Positions 38,378-51,580 of a stretch of 64,000 nt of DNA are shown piece by piece. The DNA is taken from contig NC_043002.1 of the NCBI RefSeq assembly GCF_006345805.1, positions 83,576,001-83,640,000 on the forward strand. The letters are read 5' to 3'. Both the position numbers and the translations under genes were made by a program. A model generated the notes under the pieces. The model made no database searches, was not told where the DNA came from, and was given only the letters and a program-made list of their open reading frames with translations. Positions within the stretch are counted from its first letter, which is position 1. Every line of letters starts with the position of its first letter. This stretch comes from Octopus sinensis (lineage: Eukaryota).

Positions 38378-39765
38378 AGTAGTCATATTTTTATAACGTG
38401 CTTTCACTGCACTACCGAGCGCAGCTCTGTGTGCCTTAGATATGTGCTGTAATTTGTTGGGATGCTCTTATAGTTACTGTATTGAAAGTGTTTTACGTAG
38501 GACGTGTGCGGGGCCTAGTAGTGCTATTTTCTGTATGCTATATATATTTGTTAGTCCTGGTGTTTTTGTTATTTATTCGTTTGAAAAATTTTTTTATCGT
38601 ACCTAATGATAGAAATTGTTTCTGTTTTTAGACTCCTCATTCCAGTTACCTCTATTTCTGGGTCTTTGTATTTTGAAAGTTTCTCTATTCCTTTTAGAGA
38701 AACGCTGTCATCTGTTGGTTTTGATACGTCAATTAGAAAACTTTTTTTCTTCATGATTTCTGACAACTATATCTGGCCTATTGGCCTTAATTTCTCTGTG
38801 GGTATTGGCATTTCCCACAGTATTGTTGCTTTCTCATTTTCTGCGACCTTTTCTGGCGTGTGCCTAGACTATCTTTTTTCAGTTGTTATTCCATAGTGTT
38901 GGCACAGCTTCCAGTGTATGTAGGTCCCAACTCTGTCGTGTCTGTGAATATATTTCTTCATAGCCAGGACTGGGCAGCCAGAAGCAATTTATTGCTTCTT
39001 GTCCATCTCCACAATTTCTGGTGGGGAGGCTTTGGTCTTGTGCTGCAATTAAAAATCCTTCAGTCTCTGCTTTGAGGCCTGAGCTTCTCAGCGGTTGTTG
39101 GGATTTTGCTTTGTCTATTTCTTTTGCATTTAGTTTAACCCAGTATTTGCCATGAAGGAGCTTTTCTTGCCATCGTTTTATCACGATCCGTTTCTGTTCT
39201 TGTTATAGTTTGGATTTCATTTGTTTTACAGCTTTTGTTGTTTCTTCTTTTTCTTCATAGTTGTTAGGTAGTATGACTTCTTGTTTGTATTTGTCAGCTT
39301 TCTTAAAGACTGAGAACAGTTTTTTGTTTTGTTTGTGTTTTGTTGCTATTTGTATTAGTCTTCCTTGCTTCTGAAGTAAGTATTTTTGCAGTCCTATGAT
39401 GGTTATTTTGAAATAGTTTTCTAGCTGTATAAGGCCTCAACCACCTTCTATACGTTGTATATATAACCTTTCTATGTCAGATTTTGGGTGGTGCATCCTA
39501 AATCCTGGAATTAGTTTTCTTGTTTTCCTGTCTAATTTGATTAGTTCATTTAGCTTTAACTTATTATTGGGACGGCTAAAGTGTTGATACCTATTACCTT
39601 TCTTTTTTTTTGCATCGAGTTCTGTTTTCAGTATTAATCTAGCTCCTCTATAATATTCTTTTTTATTTTCTTCTTCATCTGTGTGTGTTGTATCGTATCT
39701 AGTTCATTGATTCCTAAATATTTGTATGTCTGGCTTTGGTCTACTTCTCTTATTTCATTTTTCAT
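38378..39765 (-). mobile_element. R4/Dong-like non-LTR retrotransposon, 5'-truncated pseudogene
   Basis: Fragments read RWQEKLLHGKYW...LRSSGLKAETEGFLIAAQDQSLPTRN and FLIDVSKPTDDSVSLKGIEKLSKYKDPEIEV (REL endonuclease region). 3' end abuts a (TAA)n tract. Confidence 0.9.
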
Positions 39766-40218
39766 TATTGCAGCCCCATTTTGTACCATTACATTATCTT
39801 TGAGAGTAAAAATTGGTCAGCATAGTTGTTGTTGTTGAAGTTGAGAGGGTTTGAAACATAGTCAGGTGACAGGTACATTTTTTCAATGAATTTTTCTTCA
39901 CTTTTTTATGAATTTTTAGATTTAGTCGAGTTTCAATAATTTCATATCATGTGCTATTTTCCCCTGATCCTCTTTCATTTGACCTCAAGATATTTTAAAT
40001 TTTTGTTGCCTTTCTGATCTTTCTAAGGATGGATGTTTATGTTTATGAGTTTTTTTTTCAAATGTAATTCCAGAGAATTACAGATGCAAATTTACCTTTT
40101 CTTGTCTTACCCATTTTGCCCCAGCTAAATTTGTCTTTTACTCGCTCAGAGAACGGTGATAATTTTCTGAAATAGCGTTCTGAATATGTTATAATTTTTA
40201 CTGCATTTAGAGAAGGTC

Positions 40219-40665
40219 TTTCTTATTCTTAATTCTTTTTGCTCCTTGTGGAGCATAGGACCTCAACAGTTGTATTCCACTTTTTGCGGTCATTGACATG
40301 TTTCTTGGCTGCTTTTCATGTCAGGCCGGTGGTCCTGAGCTCGTCCAAAATACTCCGCTTCCATGTCTGCTTCGGGCGTCCTCGCTTTCTTTTCCTCTGC
40401 GGGTTCCAGTCAAGTGCTTGTTGTGTCACATTTGAGGGTTCTTTCCGCAGTGTGTGTCCGATCCATCTCCATTTCGTTCGTCTAATCTGAACATGTATGG
40501 GCTCCTGTTTGGCCCTTTCCCACAGGTCGGTGTTTGGCACTCTGTCAAACCACTTCAGATGGATGATCTACCGGAGACATTTGTTGATGAAGGCCTGGAT
40601 CTTCTTGTAATTGCTGCAGGTGGCTCTCCATGTTTCAGAGCCATACAAAGGCACAGATTTTATGT
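40219..40665 (-). mobile_element. RTE-clade LINE 3' fragment
   Basis: Reads NTDLWERAKQEPIHVQIRRTKWRWIGHTLRKEPSNVTQQALDWNPQRKRKRGRPKQTWKRS; short (AAGAAT) tail. Confidence 0.9.
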
Positions 40666-40934
40666 TTGAACTAAATAAGTGGTATTTACTTAGCTTATGT
40701 AGTTTTGGAAAGGTAGTGAACATTTGTAAAAAATATATTTATTTTCAAAGTCAAAAGTACGAGTACCCATTTATACCTACTGGAAACCGAAAACGCAGAC
40801 TTTCGGAATAGCTGTCCCATATAAGTTTCTAATTTTTTCGGGATTCCCCGCTTTTTTTACCATGCATTGCAAAACAATGAAAGGAAGCCTTTTTAAAATA
40901 AGAAATTTTAAATTCTATGTCTTTTAAGTGTTGG

Positions 40935-40970
<36 letters not shown>

Positions 40971-41699
40971 ATTGGAACAGCAACGATCAATAAAATGATT
41001 TTGTTTTCTTTTCCATAATTTTCTGTCATTGTGAAACATTTGTAATTTACATTTAAAGAAAAAAAAAATCTTACCCCCACTCTCTTCACTCCTTCTTTGT
41101 AATTTTCACAATGAAGAAAAAGTCAAGCACCGCAAGTGGATGTGCGAAAGCCGAAATTTGAATTTTGAAAAGTGTATCCATAAAGCGACATTTTCAGTCA
41201 TTTAAAATTTCTCTGCTAACACAAATTTAATTACATGAAATAGGTGGGTTTTGAGATTTAAATTTGGAAATTTTACAAGATTTTAGTACTTGTGAATGAG
41301 GATCCCACCGAACTTGTAGTGCTCCAAGCCCCTCACATAGTTTAAATCCGGTATTGATCACTTGCTGCATGGATGGAAAACTTTAAGTATCTTTCTGTAT
41401 GTAGTTTTAAAATAGTATCTTGCTTTATTTATTGCGTGTTTTTTTTTATATAGTTACAAGCAAAACGCACCCCCACCGTTCAATGGATGGCGCTGAGTTA
41501 TCAAACATCTAAAACAAATTTTCTCAAAACAACTTGTCCGACCGTCCCATAGGCCTCCTCTTTGAGAAACACTGATTTAACCTAAATTTGAGACACCAGC
41601 AAAAGAAGAAATAAAGTTTTTATTTGGTACAACAATTCACATGAAGTTTATTCATCTCATCCTCACATGATCATTGGTAGCATGTCATCTCTTTGCATC

Positions 41700-41988
41700 C
41701 ATTGTGCACGCCATGAGGTGGCCAGCTGAACCTGCCAGCATTTGCCGCACCAATGGGACGGTTAGATAGCCTCCTTTGAAAGATAACATGCGCACAAATG
41801 CACGTTCCTACGGCTTTATCGATCGCATTCTCACCTGGAATCGATTTTTGTAATTTTTTTCAAGACTTATACACGCCCTGATACCGTCGGTATCTACATA
41901 TCAAATTTTAGCGCAATAGGATGGAGGATGCCCGAGATCCTAGAAGACACACACACACACACAGACAGAACGGATTTTATATAATACA
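41700..41988 (-). mobile_element. Probable Helitron-type non-autonomous element 5' portion
   Basis: Minus strand starts tattatataaaatccgttctgtctgtgtgtg, like the 5' ends at 61754 and 63074. Confidence 0.4.
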
Positions 41989-42216
41989 TTTAGTATTACA
42001 TGCCCTTAAGTTTACATTTTGTGTAAAGGTAAGGACAGGCACCTGTCAAAATGTTTTCTTTGTATAACATACCAGGTCCCCAACTTTCTTTTTATATAAC
42101 GTCTTTGTCCAAGCCAACACGTTTTTTTGTGAAACCCTAGATTTGATGCTTCGTATTTTTTCTGCATGAATGAATCATGTGAAATTGCATTAGTGGCTAA
42201 AAGAAAGTATTTATTA

Positions 42217-42272
<56 letters not shown>

Positions 42273-42333
42273 CATCATCATCATCATATCATCATCATAT
42301 CATCATCATCACATCATCATCATCACATCATCA

Positions 42334-42385
<52 letters not shown>

Positions 42386-42407
42386 CATCATCATTATTAT
42401 TATCATT

Positions 42408-42845
42408 GAGTGAGAGAGCAGTGCATGGCATCAAGGTAACACTGGAGTAAAATATACAAAGCCCTGTATACCCATCATGACTACCCGTCTGATAAGGGTA
42501 TACCAGACACATGCATCACAACCAAATGTGCGCGACATGGTGATCTCATATCAAGATAAACAGCACATGACCTTGCAGGTGGGGACCAGTTAGAATTTTC
42601 TTCAGGTCGAGTAGCCCATCCCGCTCAAACGGTCCTTGAATAAGGCTTGTATAAGGATGTTGATCGAAATAGCCATCTTTCCAGAGGTGATTATTCAAGC
42701 CCCAAAGAATTCCTCTCAACACATGGCTATGATGCTCCCCCACTACTTCTGCTTGTGATCAGAGATGCACATATCGTCAGCCACTAAGGGGCATGATCAA
42801 CTGGTTAAGGTCAAACAAATGACAAATAAATCTGTGATATTGGGC
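42408..42845 (-). mobile_element. Unclassified interspersed repeat adjoining an (ATT/ATC)n tract
   Basis: Abrupt GC-richer block beginning at the end of the trinucleotide tract; no recognisable ORF. Orientation assumed from the repeat acting as a tail. Confidence 0.35.
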
Positions 42846-42969
42846 ATGAAATGCCTTCAGAAACATTTGTTTCCTTATAGTGAGTGTCAGAACATGAACT
42901 GATCACGCGCGATGCCGACCCCGGCAAAAACAAATGAACGAATGTATATGTGCATGATGTACATATACT

Positions 42970-43530
42970 GGTTTCAAATTTTTCCACAAGACCAGCAATT
43001 TTGGAGGAGGGTGGCGCTTATTTTATCGATCCTGAAAGGGTTGAAGGACAAATTGACATCGATGAAATTTGAACTCAGAACGTAAAAATGGACGAAATGC
43101 TGCTAAATATCATGCTCGGCGTGCAAACGATTCTTATTTCTTTATTGCCCACAAGGGACTAAAAATAGAGGGGACAAACAATGACAGACAAAGGGATTAG
43201 GTCGATTACATCGATTCCAGTGTGTAACTGGTACTTAATTTATCGACCCCGGAAGGATGAAAGGCAAAGTCGACCTCGGCGGAATTTGAACTCAGAACGT
43301 AGCGGCAGACGAAATACGTATTTCTTTACTACCCACAAGGGGTTAAACACAGAGAGGACAAACAAGGACAGAAACACGGATTAAGTCGATTATATCGACC
43401 CCAGTGCGTATCGACCCCGAAAGGATGAAATGCAAAGTCGACCTCGGCGGAATTCGAACTCAGAACGTAGCGGCAGACAAAATACGGCTACGCATTTCAC
43501 CCGGCGTGCTAACGACTCTGCCAGCTCGTC
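42970..43530 (-). mobile_element. SINE family B dimer joined to an older family B copy
   Basis: Two young bodies (43135-43530) with junction GAAATACGTATTTC, plus a degenerate body at 42970-43133. Confidence 0.85.
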
Positions 43531-43942
43531 GACTCATGATGTATAAGTATTAAATATATGTAAATCTATGTCTAGTCGGGCATGCTTTTTCTTTCTTTTT
43601 TTTTTTTCCAGTAAATAAAAGAATGAAGGAGACATGAATTAAGAGAACAGGCAAATGCAGAAGCCAAACTATGCCGTCTGTTTCTTATGCTCTACGTAAC
43701 ATCTGCAAAATAAATACTGATCGGCTATTTTGAGCATACCCACTTTTATGAGAAACACGTAGACATTCTGCTCTCAACAACAACAACCAACTATTGTTGA
43801 ATATCAAACAATTAGTCTACTTTCAGTTAGTCACTAGCTCGGACTTAGATATTCCACCTCTTCTGATACATACATACATACATACATACATACATACATA
43901 CATTCATACAAACATACATACATACATACATACATACATACA

Positions 43943-43974
<32 letters not shown>

Positions 43975-44746
43975 AACATACATACATACATACATATAAA
44001 CATACATACATACATGCATGCATACATACATGCATACATACATGCATGCATACATGCATACATACATACATCCATACATACATACATACATACATACATA
44101 CATACATACATACATAATACAAACATACATACATACATACATACATACATACATACATACATACATACATACATACATGCATGCATACATACATACATAC
44201 ATAATACATACATACATACATACATACATACATACATACATACATACATACATACACTCTTATGTCAGTTTTGAGTCCATCCATCTGTAACCGTACTGCT
44301 GTTATTCTAAACTCAGTTTATAACAATAACCTCAGTTATGCGTGTGCATAAGGCCTAGTCTGTCTGGTTCGACCAGGTACCTATGACAGGAAATGTCCCG
44401 CCCAAATTTCCCCTCCGCAGAACTAGGCAAAATTTTTTTTAAAAGGAAGTATAGTAGTAATTCATAAAGTTTGCTACCAATATTTTCGCAGACGAACTCT
44501 CAGAACACAAGCATCCGTAAAGAAATTGGACAAATAATTTTGTCCTTCTCTCTAATAACCATTTCGCAAATGTTACGCTCTAGACTGGTACTTTATTCCT
44601 TTTTTTTCTACCCCGGTTGGATGAAAGGCAAAGTCAGTCGAACTCTGATCATAAAATGACAGAACAGACACCGCAAATTATTTTTTTATCCCCACGTTCT
44701 AACGATTTCTGAAGTATTTGTATTTGATGTGTCGAATGTTCCTCTG

Positions 44747-44769
<23 letters not shown>

Positions 44770-44778
<9 letters not shown>

Positions 44779-46318
44779 GTTTGCTATCGATGGTGGAGTT
44801 TGCATGGGCTGTCTGGTTAGAGTAGTTCCGACTGGGGAACATGTGGTGCTCTGTAGAGTAGTTCATCAGCTTGATTCTCACGGTCCTCATCTGACATCCA
44901 GCTCTCACCTGTAGTTTCTCGAAGCTGTCTGCGTGCAACAGCGGCCTCACCCCGGACAATGGCTTCCACAGGCCTGCTAAGTCATAAGAAGGTAGCCGAC
45001 GGCACTCAAACTCCCTGTGAGCTAGGGCTTGTCTACCCATGCATGTTAAGACAGGACCCAGAAACTACCAGATTAGTTCAATGGGCAGGAGGGCGGACCA
45101 GCAAGCGTTGTGGAGCGCGAACAGAGAATAGGGAGATACGATGGATACTGCAGCCATTCACTGCACAGTGACCTATCTCTAATCGTCTTGACTTCGTCCT
45201 GTCGCAGGAATCGGATAGGAAATGACGAGAGAATGAGGCAGATGATGTCGCGCAACTCTCTCTCACTTTAATTCGTGTCACGCATAAAATAAGAAATCAC
45301 ACCATCCCAGATCTACCGTCAAGTCCTGTAGCGATGGGGGAAAGACAAAGCAGCAGATATGGATGCACTGGAATCTGTAGTCACAAACCTATACACAGGC
45401 AGCCCAGGGAATAGAGTTGTTTCCCACAGGACCAAAGCAGCAGTGGAGCTCGATAGCCTCCTAAGTGTTTGGGCAAATCTTTACGAAGATTTGGAAGCTC
45501 CCATAGCAGCTGTGCCTAAGGAGGACAGGTTGTCATTCTCAACGACTTGGAGTCGCCGAGAATGATGAGCTTGTCATCTTTAGTTAGGACAGACTACCAG
45601 AAAGGGAGTCATTGGGAGAAACAGAGTTAGCAAGAGCAACAGCAACGGTTATCTGGTATTGAGGATCTGTGCAGCAGATGACCTGCTGATCAACAACACA
45701 GTGTTTCGTCTGTCCAACTGCAAAAGATGTCCAAGCAGAAAACATTGGCATCTAATTGACCACGTCATAGTCAGGAGACAGAGGTTAGGGTGACAAAGGC
45801 CATGACATTAAGACTGGTTCGACGACAACAATGAGGGAATTCAGAAGATCATCTCTCGAGCTGATATGCCAAGCATTTACACATTGTTGAGGCGAGTGCA
45901 AATAAGATGGGCAAGTCATGGCACCTCAAGAGACTGTTTTATACCGAACACACAAGGTGGATAGAAAAAAGTGCTTCTAGAATGCACTCAAAGCCTTACT
46001 CAAGAACTTTGAGATCAACCCCGACACTTGGGAAACGGAAGCGTAAGAACGCCATATCTGGTGTAGCTGCACCAGTAGAGGTGTTACCTCCTACGAACAA
46101 AACAAAATGGTATAGGAAACAAAGAAAACGCGAACTGCGCAAGTCTGGAGCTGACTCTTCTCCTTCAAACCAATCGGACCACAAGTGCCAGACCTGCGGT
46201 GGAACATTCCAGACACGCATAGAGCTGATCGGCCACTGCCGGACACACCGTACCCCGTCTTTTTCTCCCATGTGATATCTTTGGTCATCGCTGACAAAGT
46301 CGAACGATCTAATTAATT
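44770..46318 (+). mobile_element. RTE-BovB-like LINE, internally deleted
   Basis: APE fragments (GVIGRN..SNSNGYLVLRICAADDLLINNTVFRL..KHWHLIDHVIVRR), a DWFDDNN fragment, then C-terminus IRWASH..KRLFY.. and CQTCGGTFQTRIELIGHCRTH zinc finger. RT domain absent. Confidence 0.8.
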
Positions 46319-46323
46319 AATGT

Positions 46324-46423
<100 letters not shown>

Positions 46424-46584
46424 CATCTATCTATCTACCTATTTGTATGTGTGTATGTGTGTATGTGTGTATGCATGTGTATATGTGCGTGTATGCGTGT
46501 ATGTGTGTATAGCTTATATATATATATATATATATAAATTCATACATACATTTATTTATACACTCATATATATATATATGTATG

Positions 46585-46616
<32 letters not shown>

Positions 46617-47563
46617 TGTATGCATGTATGTATGTATGTATGTATGGATTATGTATGTATGTATGTATATATGTATGTATGTATGTATGTATGCATGTAT
46701 GTATGTATGTATGTATGTATGTATGTATGTATGTATGTATGTATGTATGTATGTATGTATGTATGTGTGTATGTATATTAAGTTATTCGTTCCTGGACAG
46801 GAGACAACTTCGAATATGTTTGAACAGTATTAGTGAAAATTTTTTGGTTTTTATTTTCTATGCTGGCGAGAAAATTAGGTAAAAATAAAGTAAAATAATA
46901 AATAATAAATATATAAAATAATAGAAAAATATTTTTTTTCGTCTACTTTTCTTTTCACTATATATTTCTTTATTGTTAGCATTTCAATACTCAACACATC
47001 AAATACCTCGACACAAACGTCACTATTTTATTTTCAATGCAAATGTTTCTGAAATCTTCAATGCGTTTTAAATTTTTTTAAAGTAGTTCTGTCTTTTTTT
47101 TCACGTTGATAAATGCACAGTCTTTTGTATTTATTAAGTGACTCGTTCCTTCCTTTCTCTGTCCAATTAAGAGAAGCGCTATGGTTTTTTTGAAGAGTCG
47201 ACAATAATACTGAAAACACATCCAGATATGTTTCAAAGAAAAAACATAATAATAATGATAACATTAGTCATGCACTCGCCGTGTCTTTTTCTCTCACATA
47301 TATGCATTTCTAGTCAGTTTTCAAAGAATGTTTTATTAAAACTGAAAAATGGCGCCTATACTATATCTTACGTATAATAAAACGCAATGTGTATCATGTA
47401 GGTCAGGCTGGTAGAATGAGACTAAAACAGCAAACGGGTCGGGAGTGAATGACGAAACTCTGAATGTAGGCAAACTTTGCTCTGAAGTAGCTGATATCTT
47501 AATCGAAATAAAACTGCAAATTTTTATCGTACACACACACACCCGCCCACACACACACACACA

Positions 47564-47604
<41 letters not shown>

Positions 47605-48278
47605 ACACACACACATACATACACACAACACACACACATGTATGTGTGTATGAAAATAGATATTATCGGGCGGCTTTTAAGCTAGTATGTAGCTTTTAAG
47701 CAACTAACTTCGAATGGGAAGATCTGCAAACAGATCTCTGGCTTGTTTTTGGAGAATTTGTGCAAATGCTTCCCTCCGGAGTCATATCCCGACGACGATC
47801 ATATTCGTCGCTAAAAACCATCTAAAAAGAAAAAAATCACCGAAAACAGTCTCAGTACTGAAAACATAAGAATCTAAAATTTGAGGATTGCAGGTCCGGA
47901 TCTTTTCTGTTTGGTTGCCAGCGGCTGCCAGCGTCAATTGTCTGTTCGAATTGATTTTATATTAAGTGTAATGATACACGTTTATAGGCAAATTAATGAC
48001 GTGAAAATAAATTTCGATATAAATCAATAAATAAATCAATTTTAAACAATATTAATAGCGTTCAGTTAATCACTATACAAATCCATCATTTTTTGCTAAA
48101 ATGTCTTATTGACGAGTTTCGTTTTTTCACTTTCCTGAAGAGAAGATTGCATTGTTTATACCATTTATTCTTTTGAATAATATCAGTGGAATTTTCGAAA
48201 CATGTGTCGAAAGTAAAAATATTTGATTTATACCTGCGTTAAACTCCATTTATTTATTCATATATATATATATATATA

Positions 48279-48350
<72 letters not shown>

Positions 48351-48614
48351 TGTATGTATGTACGTATGTATGTATGTATGTGTTTGTCCCCGCCACCATC
48401 GGTTGAGCAAAATAGACAGATAGAATAAGTACTAGGCTTACAACGAATAAGTCCTGGAGTCGCTTAGTTCGACTAAAGGCAGTGCTCCAGCATGGCCGCG
48501 GTCAAATGACTGAAACAAATAAAAGAAAAGAAAAAGAAAGAATATATATATATTATATATATATATATATATATTATTAATAATAATAATATCAATAATA
48601 ATAATAATAATAAT

Positions 48615-49729
48615 ACAGCTGGAAAACTATTATACAATAATCACTATAGGACTGCAAAAATACCTACATCAGAAGAAAGGAAAACTAATACTAATAGCCA
48701 CAAAACATGAGCAAAACAAAAAAAATTTTCAGTATTTAAGGAAGCTGACAAATACAAACAAGAAATCATACCACCTAACAAATATGAAGAAGAAGAAACA
48801 GCAAAAGCTATAAAACAAATGATATCCAGACTAAAACTAGAAGAGCAACGGACCATGCTAAAACGATGGCAAGAAAAGCCCCTTCACAGCAAATACTGGG
48901 CTAAACTAAATGCAAAAGAAATAGACAGAGAAAAATCCTAGCAATGGTTGAGAAGCTAAGGACTCAAAGCAGAAACTGAAGGGTTTTTGATTGCAGCACA
49001 AGCCCAAAGCCTCCCTACCAGAAATTACCAAAAACATATAATGAAAAGAAACATTACAAGTAACTGCAGAATATATGGAGATAGACAAGAAACAATAACT
49101 CATATTATCTCTGGCTGCCCAGTCCTGGATAAGAAGGAATATATTCACTGACACGACAGAGTTGGGACCTACATAAACTGGAAGCTTTGCCAACACTATT
49201 GAATAACAACAGAAAAAAGATGGTATAAGCACACACCAGAAAAGGTCACAGAAAACGAGAAAGCAACCATACTCTGGGATATGCCAATACACACAGATAG
49301 AGAAATTAAGGTCAATAGGCCAGATATAGTTGTCAGAGATCAGGAAGAAAAAATGCTTTCTAATTGATGTATCAATACCAGCAGATGACAACGTTTCCCT
49401 AAAAGAAATGGAGAAACTTTCAAAATACAAAGACCTGGAAATAGAGGTAACCCGAATGTGGAATCTAAAACCAGAAACAATTCCTATCATAGTAGGCACA
49501 TTAGGTATGATAAAAAAATATTCAGACAAATACATAACAAAAACACCAGGACTTACAAATATATATAACATACAGAAAATTGCACTACTGGGCACTGCAC
49601 GCATCCTACGCAAAACACTTTCAATACAGTATCCATAAAAGCATCACTGCAAACCACAGCACAAACCCAGGGCACACAGAGCTGTGCTCGGTAAAGTGAA
49701 AGCACGCTATAAAAATAAAACTACTGAAT
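48615..49729 (+). mobile_element. R4/Dong-like non-LTR retrotransposon, 5'-truncated pseudogene
   Basis: Reads CRIYGDRQETITHIISGCPVL...HDRVG...ILWDMPIHTDREIKVNRPDIVV..CFLIDVSIPADDNVSLKEMEKLSKYKDL (zinc knuckle plus PD..D REL nuclease). (AAT)n on both sides. Confidence 0.92.
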
Positions 49730-49730
49730 C

Positions 49731-49771
<41 letters not shown>

Positions 49772-49773
<2 letters not shown>

Positions 49774-49983
49774 TTTCAAATTTTTTTTCCACAAGGGCAG
49801 CTTGCGGGAGGAGATTAAGTCAATTACATAGACCGCAGTGCGTAACGTGTACTTATTTAATCGACCCCGAAAGGGTGAAAGGCAAAGTTGACCTCGGTGG
49901 AATTTGAACTCAAAACGTAGCGACGGGCGAAATACCGCTAAGCGCATCTCCCGGCGCGCTAACGATTCTACTAGCTCACCGCC

Positions 49984-49987
<4 letters not shown>
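49772..49987 (-). mobile_element. SINE family B within (AAT)n
   Basis: Reverse complement of head and body. Confidence 0.85.
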
Positions 49988-50038
<51 letters not shown>

Positions 50039-50129
50039 CATGGATGGATTTTATAAATACTTTAATGCATCGCTACGCGCGTTTTCACAAATCACATATT
50101 TCTTAAGATCATAGTCCATATCCTTGATG

Positions 50130-50810
50130 ATTACAGTACAGTCCGTAGTATCCTTGGATATCGGGTGGATCATATTCATGCGTTCACCTCTTTGGGTGAT
50201 ATGGTGTTAACGTTGGAAGTGGCGGATGTATAAATAAGGATTTTTAAATTAATTTTGTCCAATGAAAAGTTTGATTGGGGTATGTGGGCAACTCTTTGTG
50301 TATTTGGTGGGGAACTTTAATGCCATATAAATTATCGGAACAATGATAATTTAAATAATAATAAATTAAATCTTAGAGTTTCCTGCATTCACAAAATCTT
50401 CCCTTCTTTTAAATAAATAATTTAAATAATTTAAAAGTATTACATAACCTTCTAGCCCTTGTTCTATCTAGCCATTTCTGGTCACTATACTCTCTCTTTA
50501 ACTTCTTCCACGGTTAGTGTAGTAAAATTACCAATGCAATTATATAGTAAAAGATTTCCTAGCCTCCTAGCTCCCATCTGAACTCTTGTTTTAGTAAGTT
50601 ACTCTAATACCTTTTATATCTATATTATACCTATTTTAATAGGTACTAAAACGTGTGTATAATTACAGTACAGTCCGTAGTATCCTTGGATATCGGGTGG
50701 ATCATATTCATGCATTCACCTCTTTGGGTGATATGGCGTTAACGTTGGAAGTGGCGGATTTATAAATAAGGATTTTAAAATTAATTTTGACCAATGAAAA
50801 GGTTGATTGG
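50130..50810. repeat. ~150-bp near-identical direct repeats (50130-50278, 50663-50810)
   Basis: attacagtacagtccgtagtatccttggatatcgggtgg... occurs twice, ~533 bp apart. Confidence 0.9.
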
Positions 50811-51041
50811 AGTACGTGGACCCCCTCCTATATCTTTATTATATTTTATCACATTTAATTATATTTTGGTGTCTCATCATGCCCCCTAATTCTTATCTTA
50901 TACCTGTATTTACTGAAACTAAAAATAAAAGGTTGTTTTCTACCCTCTGCTATGATATCGATAGTGATCCGATTTTTATCTCATCGATTTTAAAGATTGC
51001 CTTATATACTCGGATATTTTAATATACATTATATATATATA

Positions 51042-51159
<118 letters not shown>

Positions 51160-51170
51160 ATATATATATA

Positions 51171-51228
<58 letters not shown>

Positions 51229-51240
51229 TTTTATATATTA

Positions 51241-51580
51241 TAGGCGCAGGAGTGGCTGTGTGGTAAGTAGCTTGTTTACCAACCACATGGTTCCGGGTTC
51301 AGTCCCACTGCGTGGCACCTTGTTTTCTACTATAGCCTCGGGCCGACCAAAGCCTTGTGAGTGGATTTGGTAGACGGAAACTGAAAGAAGCCCGTCGTAT
51401 ATATGTATATATATATGTACATATATATATGTATATATGTATATATATGCGTCTGTGTGTGTTTGTGTGTGTCTGTGTTTGTCCCCCTAGCATTGCTTGA
51501 CAACCGATGCTGGTGTGTTTATGTCCCCGTCACTTAGCGGTCGGCAAAAGAGACCGATAGAATAAGTACTGGGCTTACAA
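51241..51580 (+). mobile_element. SINE family A, 3'-broken
   Basis: Intact head and body stopping at gggcttacaa; a tail appears in inverted orientation at 51731-51758. Confidence 0.85.
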
